Below are positions 25,558 to 39,164 of a stretch of 64,000 nucleotides of DNA, piece after piece; position 1 is the stretch's first letter, and each line of letters starts with the position of its first letter. This DNA is from Mustelus asterias (Eukaryota). Below the pieces are notes generated by a model. That model made no database searches, was not told the DNA's origin, and was given only the letters and a program-made list of their open reading frames with translations. The DNA is taken from assembly GCF_964213995.1 (NCBI RefSeq), contig NW_027592005.1:1-64000 (forward strand), in the 5' to 3' direction. The translations under genes were made by a program, and so were the position numbers.

Positions 25558-25779
25558 GACTGTGTCCTTTCACTAACAAGACCAGCAGCAAACATTCCCC
25601 ATCCCCAGGTATCTGTGGGCAAGATGATCTTTGACTTTCTTGAACTTTGCAGTCCATGTGGTGAAGATGCTCCCACAATGCGTTAGGTAAGAGTTACAGG
25701 TTATTCACCCAGTGATGATGAAGGAACGATGATACATGTCAATAATAACAATCTGTATTTATATGTCTTCCATGTCATA

Positions 25780-26290
25780 GACTTTCCCAGGGCATTTCAA
25801 AGAAGTGTTGTACATTAAGTGCCTTTGCAGGTCAGTGAGCTCAGGGGTGATGATGAACAAGACTTGGTGTGAGTAAGCACACGGCCAGCAGAGATTTGGA
25901 TGAGAAGTCTTAAAGACTTCAGGGAGATTGAATGTAGGAGGCTGGAAATGCATTCGGATAGTTAAGTCTGGAGTTATTGAAGAAATGGATGAGAGTTCCA
26001 GCTGCAGATGAGCAAAATCAAGGACAGAGTCAGATGATGTTACTGAGATGGAAATTGGCAGTCTTGGTGATTATTCAGATATGAGGTCAGGAGCTCAGTT
26101 TCGAATGAAAGCTGTTGTTGAAGCTGGGAACAGTCCGGTTCAGTCTCAGACAGTTGTCAGGGAGAAGGATGGAGTCAGTAGTTTGGGAGTGGAGTTTGTA
26201 GCGGGGACTGAAGAGAAACAATGGTTTTCTTCTTCCCAGTAGTTAAATGGAGCACATTGCTGTTCATTCAGTACTGGGTATCGGACAGGG
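25780..26290 (-). mobile_element. Old LINE fragment (L2/CR1-group), duplicated at 27260-27790 and partly at 4400-4530
   Basis: Shared gtcagtgagc..aggggtgatg..gaacaag and cagacagttg.cagggaga blocks. Confidence 0.5.
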
Positions 26291-26689
26291 CAGGACAGTG
26301 TGCGAGTTGGAGGGGAATTTGGAGATTATGGTGTTCGAATGCAACTGGTCCTCCTTGGTGTGGAAGTTGAAGGTTTGGAGAATTTTGTCAAAGTTCTAGA
26401 ATTCAAAATAGAAAATCACCTCCTTTGCCCCTGCGTCTTTCACCTCTCTCCCCTCCCGTAGAGGCCAGAGTCTTGTGTAGGCCCAGACTGGGTGGTAAGT
26501 CCCCTTCCCTAAAGGACATTAGTGAACCAGTTGGGTTTTTATGACAATCCAGGAGCTTCCATGATCACTTTTTCCTAGTGTCGACCCCACAGATTACCAG
26601 ATTCATTCAGCTCAATTTCATAACCTGCCTTTGTGTTTTTGTGGGCACTCTCTCACTCCCTTTTCTCTGTTTTAAATTAATTTCATGAG

Positions 26690-27230
26690 GTATTGAAAGA
26701 GGAGGATATGTAGTCAGGAAACTCAAACCAAACATTCACATCAGGATCTGATGGAGTGTCCAAATTATGGGATTTTGAACATTGAAGGAAAAAGCACTGT
26801 TCACAGTGGGGGGAAAACCGTACACATGTTCTATGTGTGGATGAGGCTTCAACCAATCGTCTAACCTGTCGAGACACTATCACACCGGGGAGAACTGTGG
26901 AAACATGAGGACTGTGAGAAGGCCTTCAGTTACCGTCTAAACTGGAGACTCAGTGACGCAGTCACACAAGGGAGAGGCCGTGAGCCGGCTCTGAGTGTGG
27001 GTTGTGATTCAATAAGTCAAACAACCTGTTGAAACACCAGCAGGTTCACTCGGGGGAGAGGCCATTCACCTGCTCTGTATGTGGGGAAACGATTCACTCA
27101 GTCGGCATTACCCATGACACAACAGCGAGTTCACACTGACAAGAGACCTTTTAATTGCCCAGACTGTGGGAAGTGCTATAAAAGTTCCCAGGAACTGACA
27201 TCCCATCAATATGTTCACACTGAAGAGAGG
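26690..27230 (+). pseudogene. Zinc-finger pseudogene ZNF-F
   Basis: Same exon leader as ZNF-B and ZNF-G; fingers carry stops and frameshifts; remnant [31 protein letters not shown]. Confidence 0.85.
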
Positions 27231-28083
27231 CTGGAATTAGGGGCGAGCATCGATGATGGAGAATTGTGTGACTGAAGGATATTACAGAGAGAGGAGTGGT
27301 CGCAGTCATGGAGAAATTTGGAAACAAGAACGGGAGTTTTTAAATGTTAGTGGTTCTTAAACAGGAACCTTTATAGGTCAGTGAGCACAGGGGTGATGGG
27401 TGAACAAGTCTTGAATAATTACACAGACAGCAGAGTTTTGGATGACCTGAGGATTGCAGGGAGGCTGAATGTGGGAGGCCAGCAAAGAGTGCTCTGGGAG
27501 AGTTAAGTCCAGAGGTAACAAAGGAATGGATGAGAGTTTCTGAACAAGATGATTTGAGACTCGGGCGATGTTACTGAGGTGGAAATAGACATTCTGGGTG
27601 ATGATGAGGATATGTGGCTGGAAGCTCAGTTTGGGATGAGACAGGACACTGAGGTTGTGAGAAGTCTGGTTCAGCCTCAGACAGTTGCCAGGGAGAGAGA
27701 GTGGAGTCTGTTGTGAGGACTGAAGACAACGGCTTGGTTCTTAATATTCAATTGGAAGAAGTTTCTGTTCATCCAGTACTGGATGTCAGACACGTCAGGA
27801 TGGTGTGTGAGTTGAAAAGGAACTTGGAGATGATGGTGTTCCCATACACCTGCTTCGTTGCTCCATCGAGGTGGTCGAGGTTGTGGGAGTTTGAAATATT
27901 TGAAATTCCTTTTTTCCTGTGCTGCCCAATTCTGTCTCACCCTCTCCTACTTCTGTCTCTCTGCCTCTTCCCCCTCGATCTCTTCTCCCAGATTGTCCAG
28001 AGTCTTGTGTCACCCCTGACCAGGGAGCAGGTTTCCTTCCCTGAAGGACATTAGTGAATCAGTTGGGTTTTTTTAAAGTTAAA

Positions 28084-28355
28084 AATTTATTAGTCACAAG
28101 TCGGCTTCCATTAACACATCAATGAAGTTGCTGTGAAATTCCCCTAGTTGCCACAATCCAGCACCTGTTCGGGTCAATGCACCTAACCAGCATGTCTTTC
28201 GGACTGTGGGAGGAAACCGGAGCACCCGGAGGAAACCCACGCAGACACAGGGAGAGCGTACAAACTCCACACAGACAGTGACCCAAGCTGGGAATCAAAC
28301 ACGGGTCCCTGGCGCTGTGAGGTAGCAGTGCTGATCACTGCGCCCCCGTGCCGCC
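28084..28355 (-). mobile_element. tRNA-derived SINE
   Basis: Reverse complement gggcggcacgggggcgcagtgatcagcactgctacctcacagcgccagggacc. Confidence 0.85.
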
Positions 28356-28616
28356 CACTGACAATCCGGCAGTTTCCCTGGTAACTTTTTCCCAGTGCCG
28401 GCCCCACAAATGACCAGATTCATTCAGCTCAATTTCACAACCTGCCTTTGTGTTTCTGTGGGTTCTCTCTCACTGCCTTTTTTCCATTTAAATCAATTTC
28501 ACAGGGTATTAGAAGAGGAGGATTTTCAGTCGGGAAACACAAAGCGAACATCACATCAGGATCTGATGGAGTCGCCCAATTTATTGTAACCATTGTATCA
28601 TGATTGGATTTTGAAC

Positions 28617-29891
28617 ATGGAAGAAAAAAGCATCGATTGCAGTGGGGAGAATCTGTACGCGTGTTCTGTGTATGAATCATCTGACCCCACGAACCACAAG
28701 TGCCGTCACACTGAAGAGAAGCCGTTGAAATGTGGGGACTGCGAGGAAGGATTCTATTCCCCATCTGAACTGGAAATTCACCAGCGAGTTCATGCTGGGG
28801 AGAGGCCGTTCACCTGCTCTGTGTGTGGGAAAGGATTCACTCAGTCGTTCAACCTGCTGAGACACCGGCAAGTTCACACTGGAGAGAGACCATTCACCTG
28901 CTCCAAATGTGGGAAGGGATTCACTCAGTCCTCCAATCTGCTGGTACACCAGAGAGTTCACACCGGGGAGAGGCCATTCACCTGCTCCCAGTGTGGGAAG
29001 GGATTCATTCACACAAGCAACCTGCTATCACACCAGCGAGTTCACACTGACAAGAGACCTTTTAAATGTCCAGCATGTGGGAAGTGCTTTAAAAGTTCCC
29101 GGGAACTGACACGCCATCAGCAAGTTCACACGGAGGAAAGACCTTTTCACTGTGCAGAATGTGGAAAGGGCTATAAAAGTTCCTGGGAACTGACGTACCA
29201 CCAACGTGTTCACACTGAGGAGAGACCGTTCAGGTGCTCTCACTGCGGGACTGGGTTCAGGCAATCATCTCAACTCACTGTACACCAGCGAATTCACACT
29301 GGGAAAAGGCCATTCACCTGCACGGAGTGTGGGAAGGGATTTAGTCGGTCATCCCAACTCATGGTGCACCAGCGGGTTCACTCTGGAGAGAGACCTTTCA
29401 AGTGCCTCGACTGTGAGAATTACTATAAAAGTTCTGGAGAACTGAAATCCCATCAGCATGTTCACACTGACAAGAAACCGTTCAGATGCTCTCACTGTGC
29501 AATTGGATTCAGGCAATCATCCCATCTCACTGAACACCAGCGAATTCACACTGGGGAGAGACCGTTCACCTGCTCCAATTGTGGGAAGGGATTCACTCAG
29601 TCCTCCCAACTCATGGCTCACCAGCGGGTTCACACTGAGGAGAGACCTTTCAAATGCCCAGACTGTGGGAAGTGCTACAAACGATCTGGAGATCTGAGGT
29701 CCCACCAACGTGTTCACACTGACGAGAGGCCATTCATGTGCTCTCAATGTGGGACTGGGTTCAGTCGATCGTCGATACTAATTGAACACCAGCGAGTTCA
29801 CACTGGGGAGAAACCATTCACCTGCTCCAAGTGTGGGAAGGGATTCACTCGGAAATCCAACCTGCTGACGCATCAGCGAATTCATAAGTGA
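28617..29891 (+). CDS. C2H2 zinc-finger protein ZNF-G (14 fingers, intact)
   Basis: ATG at 28617 (MEEKSIDC), 14 CxxC...HxxxH repeats, ends HQRIHK*. Confidence 0.9.
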   Translation: MEEKSIDCSGENLYACSVYESSDPTNHKCRHTEEKPLKCGDCEEGFYSPSELEIHQRVHAGERPFTCSVCGKGFTQSFNLLRHRQVHTGERPFTCSKCGKGFTQSSNLLVHQRVHTGERPFTCSQCGKGFIHTSNLLSHQRVHTDKRPFKCPACGKCFKSSRELTRHQQVHTEERPFHCAECGKGYKSSWELTYHQRVHTEERPFRCSHCGTGFRQSSQLTVHQRIHTGKRPFTCTECGKGFSRSSQLMVHQRVHSGERPFKCLDCENYYKSSGELKSHQHVHTDKKPFRCSHCAIGFRQSSHLTEHQRIHTGERPFTCSNCGKGFTQSSQLMAHQRVHTEERPFKCPDCGKCYKRSGDLRSHQRVHTDERPFMCSQCGTGFSRSSILIEHQRVHTGEKPFTCSKCGKGFTRKSNLLTHQRIHK

Positions 29892-30491
29892 AGGCAGGAG
29901 TTAGAGTTTGCTGTTAATCACACCCAGGACTGAACAACATTCATTAGGGTCCTATTCTGCTGGTGGTCATAAACTGCAGCTCGGTAATAGGTGTTAATGT
30001 TCTGGATAAAATTAAACTGAATCAGTTTTGTGTCAAACAATATATGGCAAATGTTTTTAATATTAACACAAGTTAGTTGCTTTTGAAGTGAGCTTTCTCT
30101 GGACCAAGATTTACTCTGGCTACTTGTTTCCTGTTGTTTCCTTTTTTTTACACTGCTTGGATAGGTATGATCCCATTCAATAAGAACAATATGCAACGAG
30201 AGAGTTCGGGGAGTCCATTCAGCCCTCATCATTTGACTGTCAAGTTGACTTGGACGAAATGCATCATCTGTAAGGCTGTATTTATATCACATTCATAGCC
30301 CATCCACCAAGTCACAGCTCATACTGAGCCAGAGGATCTACCATTTTACAGCCATAGGGCTGTCACACCATGCCAAATATATGAACATTTCCATTAGTGG
30401 ATGGAAATGATGGCAGTCTGGGGGCCCAATTGGAGACACAAGCACAGAAATATGGGGAATTGACCATGTTAATGTGGGGATTTGTCACAAA

Positions 30492-31262
30492 CCTTCGTCT
30501 TCATCAATGACATGTTGAAGGCTCCAGAGGAGATGCCGTAGCTTCTCCGCTCCGGGGAAGTACTGGACGACAAAGGGTATTCTGTCCACCATGTCCCGTG
30601 TTTGTCTTCTGAGGAGGTCGGTGCGGTTTATCGCTGTGGCACGTCGGAACTGTCGATCGATGAGTTGAGCGCCATATCCTGTTCTTTATGAGGGCATCTT
30701 TCAGCGCCTGGAGGTGTCTGTTGCGATCCTCCTCATCCGAGCAGATCCTGTGTATACGGAGGGCTTGTCCATAGGGGGTGACTTCTTTAACGTGTTTAGG
30801 GTGGAAGCTGGAGAAGTGGAGCATCGTGAGGTTATCCATGGGCTTGCGGTATAGTGAGGTGCTGAGGTGACCGTCCTTAATGGAGATGTGTGTGTCCAAG
30901 AATGCAACCGATTCCGGAGAGTAGTCCATGGTGAGTCTGATGGTGGGGTGGAACTTGTTGATGTCATCATATAGTTGTCTCAGTGATTGTTCACCATGAG
31001 TCCAAAGGAAGAAAATGTCATCAATGTATCTAGTGTATAGCATCAGTTGAAGGTCCTGTGCGGTGAAGATGTCTTGTTTGAACCTGTGCATGAAGATGTT
31101 GGCATATTGAGGTGCAAATTTGGTCCCCATGGCTGTTCCGTGTGTCTGGATGAAGAACTGGTTGTTGAAGGTGAAGACATTGTGGTCCAGGATTAAGCGG
31201 ATGAGTTGTAAAATTGCATCTGGAAACTGGCAGTTGTCGGTGCTGAGCACTGAAACGGCCTG
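30492..31262 (-). mobile_element. Penelope-like element reverse transcriptase fragment
   Basis: NVFTFNNQFFIQTHGTAMGTKFAPQYANIFM...RYIDDIFFLW...FLDTHI...LYRKP...SSFHPKH...PYGQALRIHRICS is PLE-type RT core and thumb. Confidence 0.9.
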
Positions 31263-31589
31263 AGTGGCCTGCTCATAGTTCATTTGTCCATATATTCTTA
31301 TGTCTCTTTTCCTGGAAATCTCTCTCTCTCTCTTGGGAATGTGCATCACACAACTTTTCCATTCGCACTGATGATTGAAATCTTTTTGAACAGGGCATCA
31401 GTGTTCCTCTGACATTTGATCACTGATGATAGTCGTGTCCGAATGAATCAAGATGTTTCTGACTGAAAATCCTTCCATTCTAATCCCTTGTCAATAAAAA
31501 CATCTATCAAAGCAATGAATGTAAGCACAGGATAGAAATTTGAAACTGATATTCTGGTTGTCACGTAACATTCTCCTCCCTTTCTGGAA

Positions 31590-32040
31590 AGCATTCTTTC
31601 TGGTTGTATCACAACTTGATATTGCTCCTGCTCTGTCCAAGACCACAAGAAACTACAAAGGGTCATGAATGACCTAATCCATCATGTAAACCAGCCTCGT
31701 ATCCATTGACTCTGTCTACATTTCCCACTGTCTTAGAAAAGCAGCCAGCATAATCAAAGACCTGGACATTCTTTCTTCCACCTTCTTCCATCGGGAAAAA
31801 GATATAAAGGTCTGAGGACATGTACAACCAAATCAAGAATAGCTTCTGCTCTGTGGCCATCAAACTTTTGAGTGGAACTATCTCACATTAATTTGATCTT
31901 TCTCTATATCCTAGCTATGACTGTCATACTCCATTCTGCACCCTCCTCTTTCCTTCTCTTTGTCAGTAAAACGTACAAGAAACAATACTTCGCACTGTCT
32001 ACTAATACATGTGACAATAATAAATCAAATCTAATCAAAT
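31590..32040 (+). mobile_element. Rex1/Babar LINE 3' end
   Basis: gcagccagcataatcaaagacc...ccttcttccatcgggaaaaagatataaagg; tail aataaatcaaatctaatcaaat. Confidence 0.7.
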
Positions 32041-32199
32041 TTCAAACTTTAAACATCTGCCTCCTCCCTATCAATTGTAAGCCTAATTCTTTTGACCATC
32101 CTCCTTATTTTTCCCCAGTTCTCCCCCAAGGACGCTGCTGACTCTGGGGTTCAGTTTCACATTGAGCTATTCCACTCCCCAATATGTCACCCAGGTGTC

Positions 32200-32800
32200 T
32201 AAATTTTTACACCTGAATTTTGCGAAGGCGGCTTCGCTATCAATTCCAGTGACTACCCAGATGTACATTATATCCGGATGGGGTCACTTCGCCTCCTCCC
32301 CATCCCATCCATCGCAGTCCCAGGTGTTTGGAGACTCGGCTCCGGCCGAGTAATGGCGGCCGTGGCTCCCACAATCCCCCGCGCTGAGGAAATCGCTCTA
32401 TTCGCCGGGTGGGACTGCGCATGATGAACCCAGAGAAGTTCTGCGCATGTGCGGAGGATAGCGTTTCCCATTGGCCAACAACTTCGAGCGATCCAGGGTC
32501 AAAGTGTCTCCCACTCACTTCCGCTGCACCACTGTCTTCATGAGGGGCATTGACCAATGGGAGGAATTGGAGGACCGGAAGGACACTGGTCCTCCAGCCA
32601 ATCAGAGTGCGGGCTTTGTGACAATGCAGATTGGATTTCAGACGGACTGAAATCTCTTCCTGTCGTCAACATCTGTCAGTAAAACTCTTTGTTTTCTTCT
32701 CTCCTTTTTCTTCTCATTCTGGGGTTAAATTGGGGACTTGCAGCAACTGAAGGGAAAGGAAGTGAATTCAGGGAGCTGCAGACTCTGGAAAGGTTGGCCC
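32200..32800 (+). promoter_or_regulatory. Promoter and putative first exon of ZNF-H
   Basis: TGCGCATG twice, TAATGGCGGC, several CCAAT/ATTGG boxes; paralogue of 15560-16035. Confidence 0.65.
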
Positions 32801-34100
32801 AGGTATCTCTCTCCCTCTTAAAGACATTGCCATCCTTTGCTTCCTCAACTTGTCACATTTATTTGTCTGGTTAAGAGGATGGTCTCTTTCCTAATGTTCA
32901 CAATTTAAAGGGGTGATTTCCCGAGGAAATAGCTGAAATTTAAGGGGCAGTAAATTAATATAGGACAGAGATGTGTGCAGTCTTGTAAGATGATACAAAT
33001 TAGATATATTATGCATGGTCCAGTAATAAAGTTCATTTTTTATTATTTTTAGTTTTGTTAATACTGTAACTAAGTCGTTTATTTTCAGTAATCGGGTTAT
33101 TGTATCACACAAGGAGTCCATTCAGCAACTCAAGTCCATGCTAACTCTCTGTAGAGCAATCCAGTCAGTCCCATTCCCCCTTAAGTTCATAAGATATAGG
33201 AGCATAATTAGGCTATTTGGCCCATCGAGTCCACTCCGCCATTCAATCATGGCTGATATGCTCCTCATCCCGTCTGTATCCCTGCTCCCCTGCCAGTCTA
33301 TTTTGACTGCCCATCTAATTTCATTTTGAAATATTGAATGTATCAAAATGCACCACCCTCATAGCCAAACAATTGATATTCAAGAATGTTCACTGTTGAA
33401 ATAATGTTCTATCTCATAGCCTTGCTGTACTTCTATTTATTAAACTGGTCCCCTATGTTACATACATTTTACTTCACTAAGTATATTTAGGTATTTAGAC
33501 TGGCAGCCTGCATGAAGATATCTCAGTGCTGGAGAAGAAGCAGTGAGTATGGATTTGTTGATCAGCATGAATCAACACCTTCAGGAGAATTGGAAGGGTG
33601 TATTATACATACAGCAGAGTGAGGAGACAGGGATAGGGTGTGGGATGGAGATGTACAGATCGAGAGGAACGAGAAAGGAAGAAATGTTCCACAGAAACTA
33701 GAATTGTCTATTCTGAATTTCTGTTTGATACTGACAGTGATGACTTTTGTAAACTCATTTTACAGGAAGTTATAAGGGGAAGATTTGCTGCCAGCAATCT
33801 CAAAACATGTTAAGGCTTAATAGAGTCACTCAAATTATCAGAACTTGAATATCATCAGACTTTGAATCTAGAAGAAGAAATATTTATCTGTTTTTTCTGT
33901 CACATCAGTGTGACTGGAAAGGCACCAAGAAACACAGGCCTGAGTGAGAGTGTCCAGTACACTGACTGTCAAAAGACCAGTTACACAGACTGCAAAAATA
34001 TCACATCATTTACAGCGGGGACAGACAGTGCACATGCTCTATGTGTGGATGAGGATTTAACTGATTGTTAAACCTGGAAAGACACAAGGACATCCACACC

Positions 34101-35315
34101 ATGGAGAAACCGGGGAAAGATGAGGATTGTGGTAAGGAATTCCATATCCCGTCTGCACTGCAAACTCATCAACATATTCGCACTGGGGAGAGACTGTTCC
34201 CCTGCTCCAAGTGTGGGGAAGGAGACTGCTCCCCATCTGCCCTGAAGATTCATCAATGCAGCCACACTGGGGAGAGGCCCTTCATCTGCTCTGAGTGTGG
34301 GAAGGGTTTTCTCCAGGCAGCCGACCTGTGGAATCACCAAGCAGTTCACAGTAGGGAGAGGCTGTACACCTGCTCTGAGTGTGGGAAGGGATTCACTCAG
34401 TTATCCCACCTGCTGACACACCAGCAAGTTCACACTGGGGAAAAACCATTCAACTGCTCTGAGTGTGGGAAGCAATTCAATCATTCATCTGAACTTTTGA
34501 ATCACCAACAAATCCACACCGGAGAGCGACCATTCACCTGCTCCGACTGTGGAAAGGGTTTCACTCAGTCATCTCACCTGCAGATACACCAGCGAGCCCA
34601 CACTAAGGAGAGGCCTTTCAACTGCTCTGAGTGCGGGAAGTGTTTTATTCAATTATCACACCTAGTGACTCACCAGGGAGTCCACAGGGGGGAGAGGCCG
34701 TTCCCCTGCTCCGAGTGTGGGAAGCGTTTTATTCAGTTATCACATCTAGTGACACACAAAGGAACACACACAAGGGAGAGGCCATTCAGCTGCCCCGAAT
34801 GTGGGAAACGTTTTATCCAATCGTCACACCTAATGTCACACCAGGGAGTTCACAGCAGGGAGAGGCCATTCGTCTGCTCCGAGTGTGGGAGGCGTTTTAT
34901 TCAATCATCCCACCTAGTGTCACACCAGGAGGTTCACACCAGGGAGAGGCCATTTACCTGTTCCGAGTGTGGCAGGGGATTCATTCAGTTATCTGACCTG
35001 CAGAATCACCAGCAAGTTCACACCGGGGAGAGGCCGTTCACCTGCTCTGAGTGTGGGAAGGGATTTACTCGTTCAGCTAACCTGCAGGCACACCGACGTG
35101 TTCACACCAGGGAGAGACCATTCACCTGCTCTGAGTGTGGGAAAGGATTCGCTCTTTCATCTTATCTGCAGAGTCACCAGCAAGTTCACACTGGAGAGAG
35201 GCCGTTTATCTGCTCTGAGTGTGGAAAGGGATTCATTCAGTCATCCCACCTGCAGACACACCAACGAGTTCACAAGGATTCACAAAGGGATTCACTCAGT
35301 CATCCCACCTGCTGA
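34101..35315 (+). CDS. C2H2 zinc-finger protein ZNF-H (about 13 fingers)
   Basis: ATG at 34101 ([10 protein letters not shown], degenerate first finger); ends in the frameshifted [14 protein letters not shown] after partial loss of the last finger. Confidence 0.85.
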   Translation: MEKPGKDEDCGKEFHIPSALQTHQHIRTGERLFPCSKCGEGDCSPSALKIHQCSHTGERPFICSECGKGFLQAADLWNHQAVHSRERLYTCSECGKGFTQLSHLLTHQQVHTGEKPFNCSECGKQFNHSSELLNHQQIHTGERPFTCSDCGKGFTQSSHLQIHQRAHTKERPFNCSECGKCFIQLSHLVTHQGVHRGERPFPCSECGKRFIQLSHLVTHKGTHTRERPFSCPECGKRFIQSSHLMSHQGVHSRERPFVCSECGRRFIQSSHLVSHQEVHTRERPFTCSECGRGFIQLSDLQNHQQVHTGERPFTCSECGKGFTRSANLQAHRRVHTRERPFTCSECGKGFALSSYLQSHQQVHTGERPFICSECGKGFIQSSHLQTHQRVHKDSQRDSLSHPTC

Positions 35316-35649
35316 GACACCAGTAAGTTCACAAGTGATGACAGGGGTTGGATTCTGCTGTTATTGCTGCTGTTAATCACATCCAGGACTGAACCATGTT
35401 CATTTTGACAATTGGTGAAGTGGGAGGGTCGGAGAGTTTCTTTCTGCTGGACTGGCCAGTCTCACAACTTTGTTTCCAGTGGGCTGATGCTCTTTGAGTC
35501 TGGGAGAGCACATTTCCACTGAAATGATCCACAAAAAAAAAGCTGATGAATGTGCCAACTCGACACAGCCACCCAAGGTCGGAATCGAACCCGGTCCCTG
35601 GGGCTGTGAGCCAACTGGTCTAACCACTGTGCCACCCAGATCATGGACC

Positions 35650-38080
35650 CCTGGCAAAACTGGAATCAATGGATATCAAGGGGCAAACTCTCTGCTGGTT
35701 GGACGTGTACTGGCAATTAGGAAGATGGTTGTGGTTGTGGAGGGTCAGTCATCTCAGCTCCAGGACATCAATGCAGGGATCTCTCAGGGTCGTGTCCGAG
35801 GCCCAACCATCTTCAGCTGCTTCATCAATGACCTTCCCTCCATCATAAGATCAGAAGTGGGGATATCCGCCAATGAATACACAATGTTCAGCACCATTTG
35901 TGACTCCTCAGATACTGAAACAGTCCATGTCCAAATACAACAATATCCAGGCTTGGGCTGACAAGTGGCAAGTAACATTCATGCCACATAAGTCCGAGGC
36001 AATGACCATCTCCAACAGGAGAAGATCTAACCATCACCCCTTGACATTCAAGGGTATTACCATCACTGAATCCCCCTTCCATTATCAACATCCTGCGGGG
36101 GTTACATTGACCAGAAACTCATAGACACTGTGGCTACCAGAGCAGGTCAGAGACTGGCAGCCCTGAGGAGAGTAACTCACTTTCTGACTCCCCCAGCCAA
36201 AGCCCGTCCACCATCTACAAGACACAAGTCAGGAATGAGATGGAATACTCTCCACTTGCCTGAATGAGTGCAGCTCCCAACAACACTCAAGCTCAAAACC
36301 ACCCAGGGCAAAGCAGCCCCACTTGATCAACACACTAACCACAAACATTCACTCCCTCTACCACCGACGGACAGGAGCAACAGTGTGTACCATCTACAAA
36401 ATGCACTGCAGGGACTCACCAAGACTCCTTAGGCAGCATCTTACAGACTCAGGAACATTACCATCTAGAAGGCCAAGAGCAGCAGATACATGAGAATATC
36501 ACCACCTGGAGTTTCCTCTCTAAGTCACTCATGTCAGGAAAACAGAGATAGTTTTAAGTGATCTATGTTTCTATTGTTAAATATTAGAAATAAAGTATAG
36601 ATTTAAGTAAGTTTGATTTAGTGTTTCTGTGTAGGAAGAGGAGAACTTTGGTTGGATTCATGTTGAACAAAGGTGTTTGCATGTGTGGGGGATAGGTTTC
36701 AATTGAAATTGTATTCCTGTTGTGCTGAGAGAGTTTATGGCGTGAAAAATAAACGTGAAGTTGGAGAAATAATGCATTGTTGCATAGCAACCAGGGGCAC
36801 CTTGAGGGTGAGAAGGTTTTTTGAGTGTAGTATTAGTTGAATTTATAGTCTTTGGTCGTGACTTTTAAGGGGCGTCTTGACAAATACATGAATAGGATGG
36901 GAATAGAGGGATATGGTCCCCGGAAGGGGAGGGGGTTTTAGTTCAGTCGGGCAGCATGACCGGTGCAGGCTTGGAGGGCTGAAGGGCCTGTTCCTGTGCT
37001 GTAATTTTCTTTGTTCGTTGTTCTATAGCAGTTGGGGTGAGGAAACGAGAGAGTGAGCAGCTCTCAGCTCTACTAGAAGCAGGAAAGCCATACAATGGAG
37101 TAATGTGTCCGAAAGCAAGCTCCAGAGGAATTAAAGGACAGTTCGTTTGAGAAACCCGGGAATGGAAAAGAAGTTTCAGGAATATTTAAGTAAAAAAGGA
37201 ACAGCATTGTCTTTGGAACAGGATACTATTCATGGAAGTTAAACTCAGACCTGGGAAGAAAAGAACTGATGAGGTTGGCGAAAGAGAAGCCGCATATCTG
37301 AAATAGTGGGAAGGTTTGATGTCCTTAAATCCAGATTTTGAAGCAATTGTATTCTGTTACGGACTGATGATCTGAGTTTATGCAGAATTTTGGAAGCATG
37401 TTGCAATTCAAGGCAAAGGAATTCTGAGAGTTAAAAACCTAGAGGCAGCTTCTTGCTAAAAGAGTGGAGAGAAAGCCTTGTTTGAAAGAACAATTGGAAG
37501 ACCTGGAAGTGAGAAAGTTGCTTTGGAAGGAGATATTAACACGTGTCTTTTTGAGAGCCAAGTTTGGAAACACTCGTGACAATCATCTGGGGGGAAATTT
37601 GAGGAGAAATCCACAGAGGATCGATTGAGTTGCATCTGCCACTTGGTTTCAGAGTGGGGCTTGTCTGATCACAGCCAACCTGTGGGTTTAAAGGAACCAT
37701 GTGTTTACTGAGAACATTATAGCATAAGGAATTTTAAATCTATGTTATTCTTGAAATCTGGATACATTTGTGAAGGTAAGTGTGAGTCAAGGAGTATTTT
37801 GTTATCGTCAAACTCTTCGTGTTTAATAAATATTTTGTTAAAAGCTAATTGGCAGTCCTGTGATTCTGTTCCTTTATGTTTTCTACAAAAAGTAAAAGTT
37901 GCGGTCTTTTGAGCCAGTGTTCCATCCTGGAATCATCCTGTCCAATTATAACATCAACTGGGATCGTAACACTCACCATCTTGACTTCAAAATATATCGC
38001 TGTTCCTTCGCTGTCACTCGGTCAAAATCCTGGAGCTTCCTCCCAAACAAGTGTGGGTGTCCCTATGCCACAGGGATTGG
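35650..38080 (+). mobile_element. CR1-group LINE RT/3' region split by a solo LTR
   Basis: GISQGRVRGPTIFSCFINDLPS and IQAWADKWQVTF motifs; sequence resumes after 37971. Confidence 0.75.
36532..37971 (+). mobile_element. Solo LTR with a nested CR1 tail (~36846-37025)
   Basis: TGTCAGGA...TCGTAACA termini, 4-bp TSD CTCA (36528-36531, 37972-37975), AATAAA near 37825. Confidence 0.75.
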
Positions 38081-38698
38081 CCAGGATTGACAAAGACTGC
38101 TGGAGGCAAGGCTATTGGTTAATATAACTTTTTATTGCACCTTCTTCTAAATATGTACAGCACAAGGCTCAGCATAGAACCATCTCTCAGCAAACTCTTA
38201 TCATCTGATCTTACATCACTGGGTAGAATATTTACAAATTTAACATTGACCCTTTACACTGCACCAAGTCTTCAGTCAGCCTCCTAACATCCCCTCAGTG
38301 CCAGTTGTCTGATTTATCAATTGATGTTTCTGAGATTCACCTTGGGACACTCTCCTACATTGAAGGTCTGATGTAAACAAAAGTTATTTTTTAAATCTCA
38401 TTGTAACAGACTGAGGAAGTCAGGATTAAAACAATATCTGGGTAAATGGAGTTAGGTCACAGATCAGCCATGACCTCAGTGAATGAGAGAACAGGCTTGA
38501 GGGATAAATGACCTCCTCCTGTTCCTGGTAAACTTGGACTCAGACACCAGCTGATGAATGGAAAGTGATGGGAGACCTGGGGAGAAGAGACTTCATCAGA
38601 AACCAGCACTGGAGCAGAGTTAGAGAGTGGGAGAAGCCTGGGAGAAACTACACAGGAACTGGAGTTGGTTGTTCAGCTCTTCCAGTCCGCTCTGTCAT

Positions 38699-39037
38699 TC
38701 ATAGAAATCATAGAAACCCTACAGTGCAGAAGGAGGCCATTCGGCCCATCGAGTCTGCACCGACCACAATCCCACCCAGGCCCTACCCACACATATTTAC
38801 CCACTAATCCCTCTAACCTACGCATCTCAGGACTCTAAGGGGCAATTTTTAACCTGGCCAATCAACCTAACCTGCACATCTTTGGACTGTGGGAGGAAAC
38901 CGGAGCACCCGGAGGAAACCCACGCAGACACGAGGAGAATGTGCAAACTCCACACAGACAGTGAACCGAGCCGGGAATCGAACCCGGGACCCTGGAGCTG
39001 TGAAGCAGCAGTGCTAACCACTGTGCTACCGTGCCGC
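38699..39037 (-). mobile_element. Full-length young HE1-like SINE
   Basis: Intact head with B box ggttcgattcc; near-identical to 8038-8386. Confidence 0.9.
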
Positions 39038-39164
39038 CCAGTTAGACCCTGGCTGAACAATCAGATTGGCAAGATTTATTTGATTCTATTCTGTAGATTA
39101 AGCTGCAGCTCAGTTTTTTGGGAAATTAACATCAGCAGAAACAAACTCCAACTATCACAATGGG

